DNA of 64,000 nt from Chiloscyllium plagiosum (GCF_004010195.1 NC_057720.1:67372844-67436843), one strand, 5' to 3'. Shown: positions 39,940 through 52,217, numbered from the stretch's first letter. Notes: generated by a model not told the origin, from the letters alone. Numbers and translations are program-made.

Positions 39940-40310
39940 GTCATACAGCACAGAAATAGACTCTTCGGGCCAACTCATCCATGCTGACCCGGCTTCCTAA
40001 ACTGAAGTAGTCCCATTTGCCTGTATTTGGCCCTTATCCCTCTAAATCTTTCCTATCCATGTACCTGTCCAAATGTCTTTTAAATGTTATAATTGTACTC
40101 ACTTCTAACACTTCCTCTGGCAATTCATTCCATACATGCACCACCCTCTGTATGAAAAAGTTGCCTGTCAGGTCCCTTTTAAATATTTCCTCTCTCATCT
40201 TACACTTATGCCCTCTACGTTTGGACCCCCCTATCCTGGGAAGAAGACCTTGGCTATTCATCCTATCTATGCCCTTCATGATTTTACAAACCCCTCAGCC
40301 TCCTACACTG
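39940..40310 (-). mobile_element. CR1 LINE 3' fragment
   Basis: KRRGH..GNFFIQRVVHVWNELPEEV..FKRHLD. Confidence 0.88.
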
Positions 40311-40334
40311 AAGGCAAAGCTTGACCAAATGTGG

Positions 40335-40465
40335 TTCTGAATTTGAGGTGCTGGAAAAGCACAGCAGTTCAGGCAGCATCTGAGGAGCAGTAAAATCGAC
40401 GTTTCGGGCAAAAGCCCTTCATCAGGAATACAGGCAGAGTGCCTGAAGGGTGGAAAGATAAATGT
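40335..40465 (-). mobile_element. Penelope-like terminal fragment with intact hammerhead core
   Basis: Minus strand attc-CTGATGA-A-GGGC-TTTT-GCCC-GAAACGTC-gatt at 40394-40428. Confidence 0.85.
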
Positions 40466-42756
40466 AGCATTAATGTACTTGAGCAAAACTAGAATCAATG
40501 GGATTCAGGAGGTAAACTCTTCTCTGGCTGGAATCAGACCTTGGTTGGAATGGTTATGTTTACTGATGATAGCACAATGTTCAGAACCATTCATGACTGC
40601 TCAGATACTGAAGCAGTCCATGTTCAAATGCAGTTAGATTTGTTCACCCAGGCTTAGGGTGACAAGTGGCAAGTAACATATGCACCACACAAGTGCAGGC
40701 AATGAGCATCTTCAACATGAGAATCCAACTGCCTCCTCTTGACTATAAATAGAACTTCCATTGCTGAGCCCCCCTCTATCAATGAGGTAGAGGCAGGGAG
40801 TGAGGGGAAGGTGAAGGATGGGAGTGAGGGAGAGGTGGAAGATGGGAGTGTGAGGGGGAGGTGGAGGATGGGAGTGATGAAAATGGAGCTTTCCCTTCCT
40901 GACAATAGTCTCCTTCCAGTTGCTGCATTGTGTGAAGAAGGGATCTTTGAGAGGCAGGAGACGGTGGCTGGGGCCGGGACTGCTGCTGCTGAACATGTTC
41001 CTGCCAGTTGCTGCACCCCCTCACTGCCGCTGTCAAAGGAAGAGCAATCCATCTCCTCAAGAAGATATCAAAATGGACAACAAAATGCCTATGGGTACAT
41101 GTGCTGACAGGGTGATGATGTCAACTATCTTCCTATCTGTACTCACAGCTCCATCCATGGTGGCCTTCGCTGTACACAAACCTTGACATCTCACAGTTTT
41201 TAAGTTGTGCCACCTGGCTGTTTATGTGATGCCTGTCCTAGAAAACAGGGTGGAGAAGTAGGTACTGTTTGCTTAACATTCTGTACATTAAACTGCTCCC
41301 TCCAGCCCTGGTCTCCCACATCCACCTCACACTCAAGGTTAGGTATCTCTTTCACCCCTTGTCTGGATTGCACAGGACTGGGGCTACTCAATTGTCAAAT
41401 ACTGACATGGAGCCACAATGGGGTAAGGTTCGGGCAAGGAGCACACTTCAGTAACTCACTGAGCTACTTTGAAAGAACCTCCCAGCCCTGAGAGCTCTTA
41501 CATGCCCAGAGATTGTGTCTCATTAACCACATTCTTGCTACAGTTTTCATGTCAGACCAAATGCCGTGGCCTTTGATGATGCAAAATTGCATTTTAACAA
41601 TTTCCAAGCACTACTTGCTGTTGGAAGCAGTAGTTGATGTTGAGTCAATGTGAGATTCTCACCCTCTCTCTCAGTATACGTTAGACCATATATTCTGGAA
41701 TAACTTTTCCATGTTTGTGCTGCTGGTAGGAAGCACCTTCCAAAACATAATTTGTTGTAAAGTTGACTTTTCCATTGATGTAGAAATCCACACAAGGAAG
41801 CTGCTGACAACTAAACATTGGTTGTTGGTGCTCTTTACAAATAACATGAAAGTTTCTTCTTCTCTGTTGATCCAAAGCCAAAACATTTCACATTGATGGG
41901 AATGTACTGTATGACCGGTTTCCTTTACATTTCGATTTGCTGTATTCTCCACTGCTGCACATCAATCTCCATGACTAGTGTTTATTGGAGTCACAGCATC
42001 TTAACCATTGTTAATGGTGCAGAGCTCCTGCCTTTTTGTGTAATATATTTAATGTAGTCACTAAAATTAGGTGATTAGTTCATATTACAATAATAGCTAA
42101 CATTTATATATGTTTTTAATTCCATATAATACCTCAAGGTGCCTCACAGGAGTACACATACACACACACACACATTAAAGGATGTCTTGAAAGAAAGAGA
42201 CGGAGGGATTCAGGTAAGAAATTCCAAAGTGTTGAGGCTAAAACAACTGAAGGCACATTGTACACATTTTGCCCAATTGACAGAGTAGGAAAGTGGGATT
42301 AGATTCTTTAGAAAATAACTAACACAGTCCTGATGCATCAACTGACCTCCTTCCGTGATCCTAAAATGCAGGAGCTTAAGAAATGATGAGATCTTGGATG
42401 TTACATAAGAAATAGGAGGTAGAATGGATCATTTGACCCCACCATTCAACAAGGTTAAAGTTCACCCTCTATCTCTACTCCACCTTCACACAGTATTCCT
42501 ATCTCATTTAATATCCAAAGACTGAACAGCTACAGCTTTCCAGGATAAAGAATTTCATAGATTTCAAATCTTTTAACTGAAGACATTTCTCATTTCAATC
42601 CTAAATGGTATAACCCGTATTCTGGGAGGGACCCCATACTCTAGGTCCCCCAACCAGATAAAATATTTCCTTAATATCTATGCTGTAAGCCCCTGTAGAA
42701 TTTCAGATTTCAATTTGTTAATCTTTACTTTTTCTAAACGACAGGGAATATATATC

Positions 42757-43157
42757 TGTATTGGGTATGCTAAAATTGATGATGATATTGGACAGCTGCA
42801 TGACCTTGAATGGGTCCTGTGGATATTGCTGTATGTGCTGAACACAGCACAATCCACCTGTTTTTCAGTACTTGCTGTTAGTTACACTGTATAAGAGACA
42901 GAGTATTGTTCCAAGTTGGACTTCACCACAGACTGGGATCACAAACGGTGCCAGGAACAAACCTAAGTCTCCATACCAGCTATCAAGTGAGGGTTCCTGA
43001 CAGGCAGCAGGACATGAAGCTTATTGTTAAGTTTTCCTTTCTTTTTATTTACTTAATAAACATTCATATTTAAGTAAATTTGTGTTGTTGAATCTTCTCT
43101 TAACTATATTTAACTGAATCCGAAGAACAGCTTGGATACACTTTGTGATCCAGGACA
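42757..43157 (+). mobile_element. Solo LTR (401 bp) with 5-bp TSD, inserted in a CR1 fragment
   Basis: atatc-TGT...ACA-atatc; TATAA at about 42890, AATAAA at about 43055; CR1 (-) sequence continues on both sides. Confidence 0.82.
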
Positions 43158-43469
43158 ATATCTCGTCTACTCTTATCTCCCCTCTTCGGGCAATTGCCCT
43201 CCAGATCCAATCCAATGAACTTTCATTGCCCTTTCTTTAGGGCAAGTGTGTTCTTCCTCAGGTAAGGAGATCAAAACTACAGTTCTTTAAGTGTGAGTTC
43301 ATTAATCATGTTGTATAATTTTATTAAGAATTTACTCCTATACACAATCTTTTCCCAACAAAAAACTAACATTCTAGGCTTTTTGGACATCAAACTATTA
43401 CAGAAATACCAAAGAGATGGATCTGAACAAGAATAAGATTTCTAAATTAATAAAACATAATGTCACTTA

Positions 43470-44735
43470 TGGTTTGCATTCTTTAATTCCAATAATTGGC
43501 TAATTTTCTGTAAGTGGAAAATTTGAATGAATTATCAGAAATAACTTTTAGATGGGACTCCATGAACTACAAATATAAGAAGGCATTAATATGATAATCC
43601 CTGGCCTTGATTTTCCCAATTTATCCCACCAGGCCAAATAAGTCATGTTGATAAGATGCCCCAATTTTAATAAACAAATCTGAGCGAACAATTGATTGAT
43701 TGGTGCGTTGTACTGGTGTAAAAGATGTTTCAAAATAAACAAAATCTCAAAACAATTGTTGAATTAAAAGGAATATGTATTTACATATATTGTGTGCATT
43801 TTCACATGAATGCCATTTTCACATTATTTGTTGAAAAATTCTATTTGCAGTTTGGAATAAAACATGCCACTTTGTGTCAATCCCTAATTACAAAAGTTGA
43901 ATAATTTAGACAAATCATTTTGTTCAGTCAAGTGTCTAAAATGTAACCTTTCATTGTAATGCTATGCAACAAATCTGGAAAAGTTGTAGTTTAAATTTCA
44001 CAAATGTTAATAAATTAATAAATGAAGAGGTTAATATTGTATGGTTGAAGAATGGAATGACAACTTGATACATTCAAAATGATACAGTTGAGACTAGTTA
44101 GTAATATCCTTAATTTTCAACAATTTGATACTATATTCTTCTTATCTTACATTACATAATGCATTTGAATGTTTGTTTTAATACATGTACAGTAGAATCT
44201 ATAAGGCATCTCTAAAATACTCAGTCTTTACAGAAAGTAACTTCACCAAAGTCATTCGGAGACCAAGCAGTTGGGCATGTCTGTTTTTTCATGAAATGCT
44301 CTGCATCCCATCATTAGCCCTAGATTCTGGGCAACTAATCCAAAGATCTGCATGTTCGGTACTATGACTCCCAAAGAACGATACTGTCTTGAGACATAAA
44401 ATCCTGAAGCAGACCAGGTCTCGGTAGGTACTTTTCTCTTAAAATAGAATTTATCTCCTTTCAAAGGTCCAGAAGAAGATTGTCCATGCATTTTTTTTTA
44501 AAAAGGGACCTCTCCCATGTTGGAGTAATAAGACAAAATTTCTGAACTCCAGTGCTTGGTCCCAATGTCTTTGCCTTTTTATTGGTGTAAAAGGTGAGGA
44601 TTACATTTCAACACCAGAGGTTGAGAGGATGAGCAGCTATGACTTGGCCGTGTCCAGCAGAGTAGTTGCGTTCTGACCGTCCCACCCTTCTTCACTGTCT
44701 GCTCCCCCACCTCTGTTGCAGCTTCCCCTGCACCC
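43470..44735 (-). other. S1PR1: S1PR1 3' UTR (approximate)
   Basis: TE-free AU-rich stretch after the stop; AATAAA (minus) at about 44578-44583 and ATTAAA at about 43483-43488. Confidence 0.4.
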
Positions 44736-45866
44736 TCATGCTGAGGAGTTAACGTTGCCTGAGGACAACAGGGTCTCAGGCGTGCAGCACTCGTCCTTTT
44801 GCTGATGAGATGAGTTGTCCGACCTGCTGGGGCTGAACTCCAGAGCGACGGTGAGCGGGGGCTTGTGCCGCCAGGCCGGCCCGCGGTGACACAGGCAGCA
44901 CAGCAGGCGGAAGAACGCCCGCCTCATCTCCCGGCTGGTCAGCGTATAGATGACCGGGTTCATGGCTGAGTTGAGCACGGCCAAGGCCAGGAACCACTGG
45001 GCCTTGTAGAGCACCGGACAGCCTCGTGCCTGACACGCCACATCGAGCAGCAGGAGGATGAAGAGCGGAGACCAGCAGGCGATGAAGGCGCTCAGCACGA
45101 TCATCACTGTCTTGAGTAGCGCCAGGGACTTCTCGCTGCTCTTGGAGCGCAGGTCCTTGCGGAAGGTGAAGCTGCGGCTGCGGGAGCGCACCAGGACATA
45201 GATGCGGGCATAGAGCAGCACGATGGCCAGCAGGATGAAGCTGAAGACGGTGGTGCAGAACAGGATGTAGTGCTTGTGGTAGAGGGGCAGCACAGTGGAG
45301 CAGTGCGTGAAACCCTGCAGGCAATTCCAGCCCATGATGGGCAGGCCACCCAGGAGCACGGACAGGAGCCAGCAGCCGCTGATGAGCAGGAAGACCCGGG
45401 AGCTGCCCCCTGAGCTGTGTGGCTTCATCTTCAGCATGGTCAGGTAGCGCTCTATGGCAATAGCCAGCAGGCTGAGCACCGAAGCAGCGAGGGCCACAAA
45501 CATACTGCCCTCCCTCAGGAACCACTGCACCGGGGTCAGCCTGTAGGTGTTGGAGCCCGACAGCAGGATGTTGACGGTGTAGGCAGCGCCGGCCAGCAGG
45601 TCCGAGAGTGCCAGGTTGCCGATGAAGTAGTACATGGCGCGGTGGAACTTTTTGGTCTGCCAGATGGCCAGCAGCACCATGAGGTTCTCCAGGATGATGA
45701 AGCAGCAGATGACAATGAAGAAGATGGACGAGACAGTGAGACCGGCCGCTGGGCCACCAGGGCTGACCCTCAGCTTGCCAGTATAGTTGTAATGCTGCAG
45801 GATGATGTCCGGGTCCGTGTAGCTGTAGCCCATGTACGCTGCGGGGCGCTGCCTACCCGTCTCCAT
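44736..45866 (-). CDS. S1PR1: Sphingosine-1-phosphate receptor 1 (class A GPCR), 376 aa, intronless CDS
   Basis: HYNYTGKL N-terminus, QWFLREG (S1P-binding Arg/Glu), [41 protein letters not shown]-terminal [11 protein letters not shown] and SSGNVNSS, all typical of S1PR1. Confidence 0.96.
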   Translation of the reverse strand: METGRQRPAAYMGYSYTDPDIILQHYNYTGKLRVSPGGPAAGLTVSSIFFIVICCFIILENLMVLLAIWQTKKFHRAMYYFIGNLALSDLLAGAAYTVNILLSGSNTYRLTPVQWFLREGSMFVALAASVLSLLAIAIERYLTMLKMKPHSSGGSSRVFLLISGCWLLSVLLGGLPIMGWNCLQGFTHCSTVLPLYHKHYILFCTTVFSFILLAIVLLYARIYVLVRSRSRSFTFRKDLRSKSSEKSLALLKTVMIVLSAFIACWSPLFILLLLDVACQARGCPVLYKAQWFLALAVLNSAMNPVIYTLTSREMRRAFFRLLCCLCHRGPAWRHKPPLTVALEFSPSRSDNSSHQQKDECCTPETLLSSGNVNSSA

Positions 45867-46800
45867 CCTAATTCACTTGCTTGTTGTTGTTGCTGTTGTT
45901 GTTGCAGCTGGCGCGCTCCTGTCGGCCGGCAGAGGGCGCCGCGATTGGCGGGTCAGTGAGGAGCTGCGGAGAGACCGCGAGCCATCGCCACTCTGCAAAG
46001 GAAACAACAACAACCCGCAGGATTACTCACCATCCCAAAACTCTTGACTTCAAAATGCAAAAGGTACTGTATCCCCAAGCCCCCAAACTTCACTGAATTG
46101 CACATGCAACATTTTGCCTCACAGTATAAACAGATGCACTATATTTACGCCCCACCAAAATTGTTTGTAGCTTTTTTTTTCTGCATTATAACCGACTGCA
46201 GTTGGGGGAAAATATTTTTAAAAGCTCCCCTTCGCTGCGAAAGGCGCTTTTTGAATGCAAGTTCTAATTTTATGGAAACAAAAGTCGTCGTATAACGTTT
46301 CAAAGCGACTATCCCGCAGACGGACGGCTCAATGTCCTTATGTAAATCAGTTATTCCCACAACAGCCAGCGAAGTCTTTAACAAAAAAAATTTCTGTCGT
46401 TAAAAATGCATTTCATTTTTGTTGAAGCACGTTTCAAGCTTCAGTAGAAACGAAAGGGAGGCGATGGAAGCAAGTCGAGAATAAATCAGTAACATTGCAA
46501 CTTAGTCTGTGAGCAGTTTAAACGTTTTTTTTAAACCAGATGAAGATTACCTTGGTTTGTTGAAAACGTTAAAAAATAGCAGCTAAGTGGAGCGAGACCG
46601 TGAGAACAGGATACTGTCGGCGATTGCAAACAATAAGAAACCGGCGTCTTCTCTACAATAGGTCCATTTGTGAAAAAAAGGACCTCGCTTCAGTCCCAGC
46701 CTGGTGTCTGTCACCGACTCAGCAACATCAAAATTAACTCAGCTCTGAGACTGGGTGGCGATAAATAGAAGATGCACGCAGCTGATAACAGTGCAAAAAC
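45867..46800 (-). other. S1PR1: S1PR1 5' UTR: probable non-coding exon 1 (donor at 46551), intron 45993-46550, UTR part of exon 2 at 45867-45992
   Basis: Strong acceptor ttgtttcctttgcag at 45993 and donor AAG/GTAATC at 46551/46550; matches the two-exon architecture of S1PR1. TSS is not determined. Confidence 0.55.
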
Positions 46801-48350
46801 AGGAAAAAGGTTGACGCAGGGGTATCCAGGACAGGAGCAGCCAGACAACAGAATTTAACAGAAACTGTTAGAAACGCCCTGCCACATACTTAATGCACAG
46901 ATAAAAGACTGCAACGTCTGATTTCCATTTGCTTTGCAAAGACAGCGAAATGACTTTCCTGAAAATGACAACCGATAAATAAAATTCTCGTAAACTCCCA
47001 GAGCCTGACAGCATCTCCAACTTGGGACGTTATAGAAGTCAGGAATGGGAGTGCAAAAGTGGCACCTTTACTTTTAAGTAACAAAGACGTTGCAATTTTA
47101 AATGTAAAGTCTGCAATATTTATCCACAGAACTGCATTAATAATTGCACTCGTCGGTGTCGGTTCTGACCAAAACCGCTGAAATATAGTTGGAGTCCTTA
47201 CCCAGTCTGTCTCATGTAGCTGAGTAGTTTTCCCACGTGTTGTCAGCCTAAGACCTTGGCTGTCACTGAAACACATCGAAGAACCGAACGGGTTTTGACT
47301 GGGACACTGAGTTCACAGGCGCCCCCCTTTTCCTATTTGCTCCAACAGCCTACACTAACCCTGTCAGAGAGGTGCACTCATTTGGCAGCGACATTGCTTT
47401 GTGCTGGAAGTCACCGAGTGGGGACATCGTGCAAGTTATTTTCACTGCAAACTTGAAATGACCTGAATTCATCCCCACCGTTTCAATAACGATATCTAAT
47501 AAGGCGAAACCGGGTTTCAAATGTATAGATTTCCAAGGCGTCAATATTTTATCACAGCTCGACCCCAGCCTGACATTTCAGGGGTCAGTAATCTTAGGTG
47601 CAGGATTTGTTTTCCGTGCTTCTTAGTTTAGTGCAATTTATGTGTAAATTTTAAAAGAAACTTGGTACAAAGTAGTTGTCCCTGCTGACAAACCGAACTG
47701 CACAAGTTTGATGCGCGAGGTGGTATGAGTCTTGCATGTATTTTACAGTCGCCAGCACAACTCGCAACAACCTCCCCCATCTATTAATTTTTTTTAATAA
47801 ATAAACAGGTCTGCTCACATCGCCTCAAGGCCATAGTGAGGGGCGCTATTGAAAAGCAATGGTGGAATTTCCCGCTAACCCCAGTGGGTGGCTGACTGGA
47901 CTGCGGAGAGACCAGTCTATCTGGAGTTAGGGGGTGGGGAGGGGGAGTGGTATTGTCTGTCACTGTCGGCTCAGGGCTGGGGCAGGGAGGGTGGCGGTGA
48001 GACCCATTTCCTGACCAAAAGGCAGCTTGTTTGCAATGGGACCTGGTCTGAGGGAGCTGCGGCACTGCAGGAAGTGACTGCGGAATCATTTGGACCGAAT
48101 GTGAGGCCGAGTGGGTGGAGTGTGAGGGAGGGGAGATGGGCGGGTGGGGTGGATGAGAGCAGGAAGGCCGGGGAGGTGGAGGGGAGATTTCCCTGCTGCC
48201 ACCATGTAGACAGTCGTTCACAGAAAGTGGTGGAATCCGGCAGCAAGCTACCTCCCTGACGCTTCTCTGCTCCTCCATTAAAAAAATCCTTTAAAAAAAA
48301 TATCCAGTGTTAGGGTTCGAGCTCATTAAAGCTGGTGCTTGTCTTTAAAG
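46550..48350. promoter_or_regulatory. CpG-rich divergent promoter region between S1PR1 and the Harbinger-derived ORF
   Basis: High CpG content, no recognisable SINE or LINE, G-rich GC/GT boxes (gggcgggtgggg) at 47930-48185. Confidence 0.5.
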
Positions 48351-48502
48351 GTCAATCATGGGAAACTGGTCCACACTTGCCAACCTACACTGGAGATTCC
48401 TGAAGAGCAAACTACTTAACCCAGGATCAGAGGTGGGGAAGGGGATATTGTTCACCATCAGCCACAGGGCAGCCACGAGAGTGTACTGTGAAGACCCACA
48501 GG

Positions 48503-49630
48503 ATGGGGGCAGCGGCCATTGCAGGATTTCTCCTTGTGGAAGAGGAGGAGGAACAGCAGCAGAGGAGGGCAGCCCAGGAACGCCGAGGGCACAGACGGAT
48601 AACCACGCGGCGCACAAACTACCCCAGGCACCGGGTGTTTAGGAACAGGGTCAGTTACTTAGGCTTGACAGAGGAGCAGTGCCTGAAGAGGCTGCGACTG
48701 AGCAGGGATGCTGTGACCGAGGTCTGCCGTTTGGTCCAAGGTGATCTACACGGAGAGTCGATCATCCGCACTGCATTGCCAGTGGCAGTGAAGGTCACCG
48801 CTGCCCTGAACTTCTACGCCACAGGGACTTTTCAGGCACCCACGGCGAACATCACTGGGATCAGCCAGTTTGCTGTGTACCGTTCCATTAAGGAGGTCAC
48901 TGATGCATTGATTCGACATGCTCCCACCTACTTGAGTTTCAGGAGGGACGAAGAGCAACAACGACAACAGTACTTCTTCAACATTGTCGGCTTCCCCAAG
49001 GTTCAGGGGATTATTGATTGTATGCAAGTTGCCATTTGTGCACCGAATAACAATCCCATGGCCTACTTAAATGCAAAAGGCTACTACTCTATCAATGTCC
49101 AAATCATATGTGACCACCGACAGAAAATAATGAACGTCAATGCATGCTGTCCAGGGGGCATGCACGACTTTTACATTCTGAAGCAATCTGAGGTGCCCTT
49201 GATGTTTGAAGGGGAAGGAAAGCTGAACGGATGGCTCCTTGGAGATCTAGGTTATGTGCTGCAGCCATGGCTGATGACTCCACTGCTGCACCCTGGTACC
49301 GAAGCTGAGAACAGATACAATGTTGGACATGCACAAACCAGTAGTGTCATAAAACAGACATTTGGACTACTGAAGAAACGCTTCAAGTGTTTGGATCAAT
49401 CAGGGGGTGCCTTGCGATATGCACCAGAAAAAGTCAGCAAGATTGTAACTGTGTGCTGCATGCTGCACAATATTGCCATGGACAGTGGCCTCTCCCTCGA
49501 TTTAGATGAGGAGCTTCAATCCATAGAAGATGAGGAAGATCATGGCTCACAGCAGCCACCAGACCTGGATCAGCCACTACAAGCAGCGAAGCAGATGCGT
49601 GAGGAAGTCATTGCACAGTTCTTTAGTTGA
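48503..49630 (+). CDS. PIF/Harbinger transposase-derived protein (HARBI1-like, DDE_Tnp_4 family), 375 aa, intact ORF, third catalytic residue E replaced by K
   Basis: Motifs LRLSR, ALNFYATGTFQ..GISQ (HTH), GFPKVQGIIDC, KGYYSINVQ, PGGMHD, WLLGDLGY, WLMTP, E.RYN..H, VIKQTFGLLKKRF, CCMLHN, acidic tail, REEVIAQFFS. ATG at 48503 in AGGATGG context; AATAAA at 49727. Not the HARBI1 orthologue (N-terminus differs). Confidence 0.9.
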   Translation: MGAAAIAGFLLVEEEEEQQQRRAAQERRGHRRITTRRTNYPRHRVFRNRVSYLGLTEEQCLKRLRLSRDAVTEVCRLVQGDLHGESIIRTALPVAVKVTAALNFYATGTFQAPTANITGISQFAVYRSIKEVTDALIRHAPTYLSFRRDEEQQRQQYFFNIVGFPKVQGIIDCMQVAICAPNNNPMAYLNAKGYYSINVQIICDHRQKIMNVNACCPGGMHDFYILKQSEVPLMFEGEGKLNGWLLGDLGYVLQPWLMTPLLHPGTEAENRYNVGHAQTSSVIKQTFGLLKKRFKCLDQSGGALRYAPEKVSKIVTVCCMLHNIAMDSGLSLDLDEELQSIEDEEDHGSQQPPDLDQPLQAAKQMREEVIAQFFS

Positions 49631-49726
49631 GGGCTTCTGCTGTTTTCTGGACTTGGTTCTTCTCTCTTTTTGCATTTTGGTTACTGAACAGTTTTTTTAA
49701 TTGCTTCTCTAATTTTGTCACTTCAC

Positions 49727-49732
49727 AATAAA
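49727..49732 (+). terminator. Putative poly(A) signal of the Harbinger-derived gene
   Basis: AATAAA about 97 nt after the TGA, followed by GT/T-rich sequence (gtgtgttttattgtg). Confidence 0.45.
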
Positions 49733-49949
49733 ATTAGACTTCGAAACTATCATAAAAATGTGCAATATATTAAATAAGTGTGTTTTATTGTGAGTTGGTG
49801 GGCTTGCACGTTCGCAGCATATGAAGAAAGTGTGGCACCTTTTCAGGATCTGTACCTCTACAGGCTTCCTCAGTGGGGAAAATAACAAGAGATGGCTTTG
49901 CACATGAATAAGCAAACACCTTTTTTCTGGTTCACTTTTGAGATTTGGC

Positions 49950-50830
49950 CATTACCGGTATATCCAACATTTATTGATCATCCTGAGTTACTTTTGAGAA
50001 GTGGTAGAAGCCCATGAATCATTATAGTCTAGCTACCTCAGCAGGAAGGGAGTTCCAGGTCTTTGATCCAGAGATAGTATGAGTTAGGGCGGTGTTTGAC
50101 TTTGTGAGAAACTTGGGGATGGTGGTATCACCAAGCATTTGCTGTCCTTGTTTTTCTAGGGTGGTAGAGGTGATGCGTTTTTGAGGTGGTGTTGAAGGAA
50201 ACTTGCTGAGTCACTCCAGTGCATCTTGTGGAAAGTGTATACTGCTGCTGTTGTGCATAAGTGGTAAAGGAGTGAATATTGCAGATGGTCAATGGAGTGC
50301 CAGGTAGGATGTTTTATTCAGGATGGTGTTGAGCATTTTGATTGCTGTTGGAGCAGCACTCATACATGCAGATTGAGAGTATTTGGGAAATTGAGAGGAA
50401 AATTATGCATCAAGGAATTCCCAGCCTCTACTTTTGTGACACAGATGGCACTTCAATTAAAATCCTCATCAATAATGACACTCAATAATTTTTTGATGGC
50501 AGATTCATTAATTGTAATGTTGTTGAATGTCAGGCAAAGATAGTTAGCTTGTCTCTTGTCGGAGGTCATTTTTTGAAACTTGTGCTGCGTGGATGTTCTT
50601 TACTGATGAGGCAGGGCATTGACAATGGAGGAAAGTAAAGGAAACAAATTCTGTACTCCAGCTATCACTACTCATCAGAAAATCCTGTCTCATACACCCA
50701 AAGATTTGCAGGTTAAGAATCAGTCTGTTCAGCTGCATGAAGACCCCTGGTAGATGATCAAGACCCTGAGTAGATGCTATCCTCAAATTGTTGCCAACTG
50801 GCCACTTTACAGTTATTAGGTAGATTGAAG
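49950..50830 (-). mobile_element. Old CR1/L2-group LINE fragments
   Basis: Homologous in reverse to 58990-60375. Confidence 0.6.
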
Positions 50831-51173
50831 TCATGGTGTTATCAAAGTTTGGACTTGAATGTTGAAGAATATTTAACATTTTGAAAAGGTAAAAATCCAG
50901 GAAAAGGTGTTGGGGTTGTTTTTGGTTAACTAAGGGTGTTATTACTATAGTTATGAGAGGTAGCCTTAGATTAAAACAGCAAAATGTAGAATATGTTTTG
51001 TTAGAGAGAAGAAAGGTAGGTGATCATTTGTAGGAGTTTATAAGTTCTTTAACATTAGTTACATTGTAGGTCAGAGTCAGGAAGAGAAATAAATGGAGCA
51101 CCTAATTCCACATATAAATTGGTTGATTAAGATTGAGAAACAGAGCCTGGAAAATGAGATAGTAAAGTACATT

Positions 51174-51487
51174 TAGATTATGTTCCCTACAGAATAAAAA
51201 CAGGCCCTTCGGCCCAACAGGTCCACACCAACCCTCCGAAGAGTAACCCACCCAGACCCATTCCCCTATATTTACCCCTGACTAATGCACCTAACAGTAT
51301 GGATAATTTAGCATGGCCAGTTCACCTGACCTGCACATCTTTGGTTTGTGGGAGGAAACCGGAGACCTGGAAGAAACCCATGAAGACACGGGGAGAATGT
51401 GTAAACTCCACACAGACAGCTGCCTGAGGTGGGAATCGAACCTAGGTCCCTGGTGCTTTGAGGCAGCACTGAGTCACCATGCCACCC
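51174..51487 (-). mobile_element. HE1-type V-SINE
   Basis: V-domain and tail; cattt on both flanks. Confidence 0.9.
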
Positions 51488-52217
51488 ATTTGGATATACA
51501 TTTCAAGCATTATATTCTAGAGTCAATAGAAGCCTTTCAAGATTTATGTGATAAAAGTGTATGATATGTTATTGTTTTACAAGTCTGGATTTTTAAAATA
51601 GAGGTAGATTGATTTTGAATTCAGTGAGGTAACTTTTTGTTAAATAAAAGGGTCAGAAAGTCATTTGGAACAGTGACCAAATACATCATTTTCCAGAAAA
51701 CATGATATTTTGTCACATGCCCAGTAGGATACCTGTGAAGTTAATTAATAGAATGTTTATACCACAAAGTTTATGACAGACAGTTAACAGAGACCCCAGG
51801 AGCACTTATTTAGTTATGAAGTAGGGAGAATCAGGAATTCAATTCCGAAGAGGAGATTCCTCTTAGCAGAAGAATCAAGTTTTCAGATGAGCAGAACAAC
51901 TACCCTAGTAGAAGAGGTTTAGTCTGTGAAGTCTTCAAGCTGTGAGATTTTGTATACAAGTTTTCAAATTGTCAGAACTAAAAATAGTTTTAGGTCATTG
52001 GAACTGAAAAGAGGTTCAGATCAACAGAAGTGGAAAGAAATCATAAACTGTCTCAGCACTCTGAGAAGGAAAACCGAAAAGAATCAGTGAAGTAAGAAAT
52101 TAGAATTGAGGCAACATGATAGTTCTGTGGGATTGAGGATCTGTAATGGAGATTGCTGGGGGAAATGGTGAAATTTTGTTTTGCTGTTTTATATATATTT
52201 TCTTCTAAATTCTGATG

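Noticed and set aside
40654-41186. Cluster of 90-130 aa ORFs
   Set aside because: Produced by a purine-rich low-complexity repeat (gggagtgagggga) next to a LINE fragment; no splice or domain support.
41547-41952. Possible Myb/SANT partner of the Harbinger ORF (W..REEETF..; AWKLLK)
   Set aside because: Only a vague pattern split across frames with stops, on the far side of S1PR1; cannot be supported without an HMM search.
44776-45959. Long overlapping ORFs (249 aa, 180 aa and others) over S1PR1
   Set aside because: Shadow frames of a GC3-rich CDS, with no recognisable domains.
47784-48278. 164-aa Pro-rich minus-strand ORF and 123-aa plus-strand ORF
   Set aside because: Low-complexity translation of G-rich promoter DNA.
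48503-49630. Calling this ORF HARBI1
   Set aside because: It lacks the HARBI1 N-terminus (MAIPI..LLLYGRGHRTLDRF) and the conserved VIEKTF, and resembles shark Harbinger transposases more.
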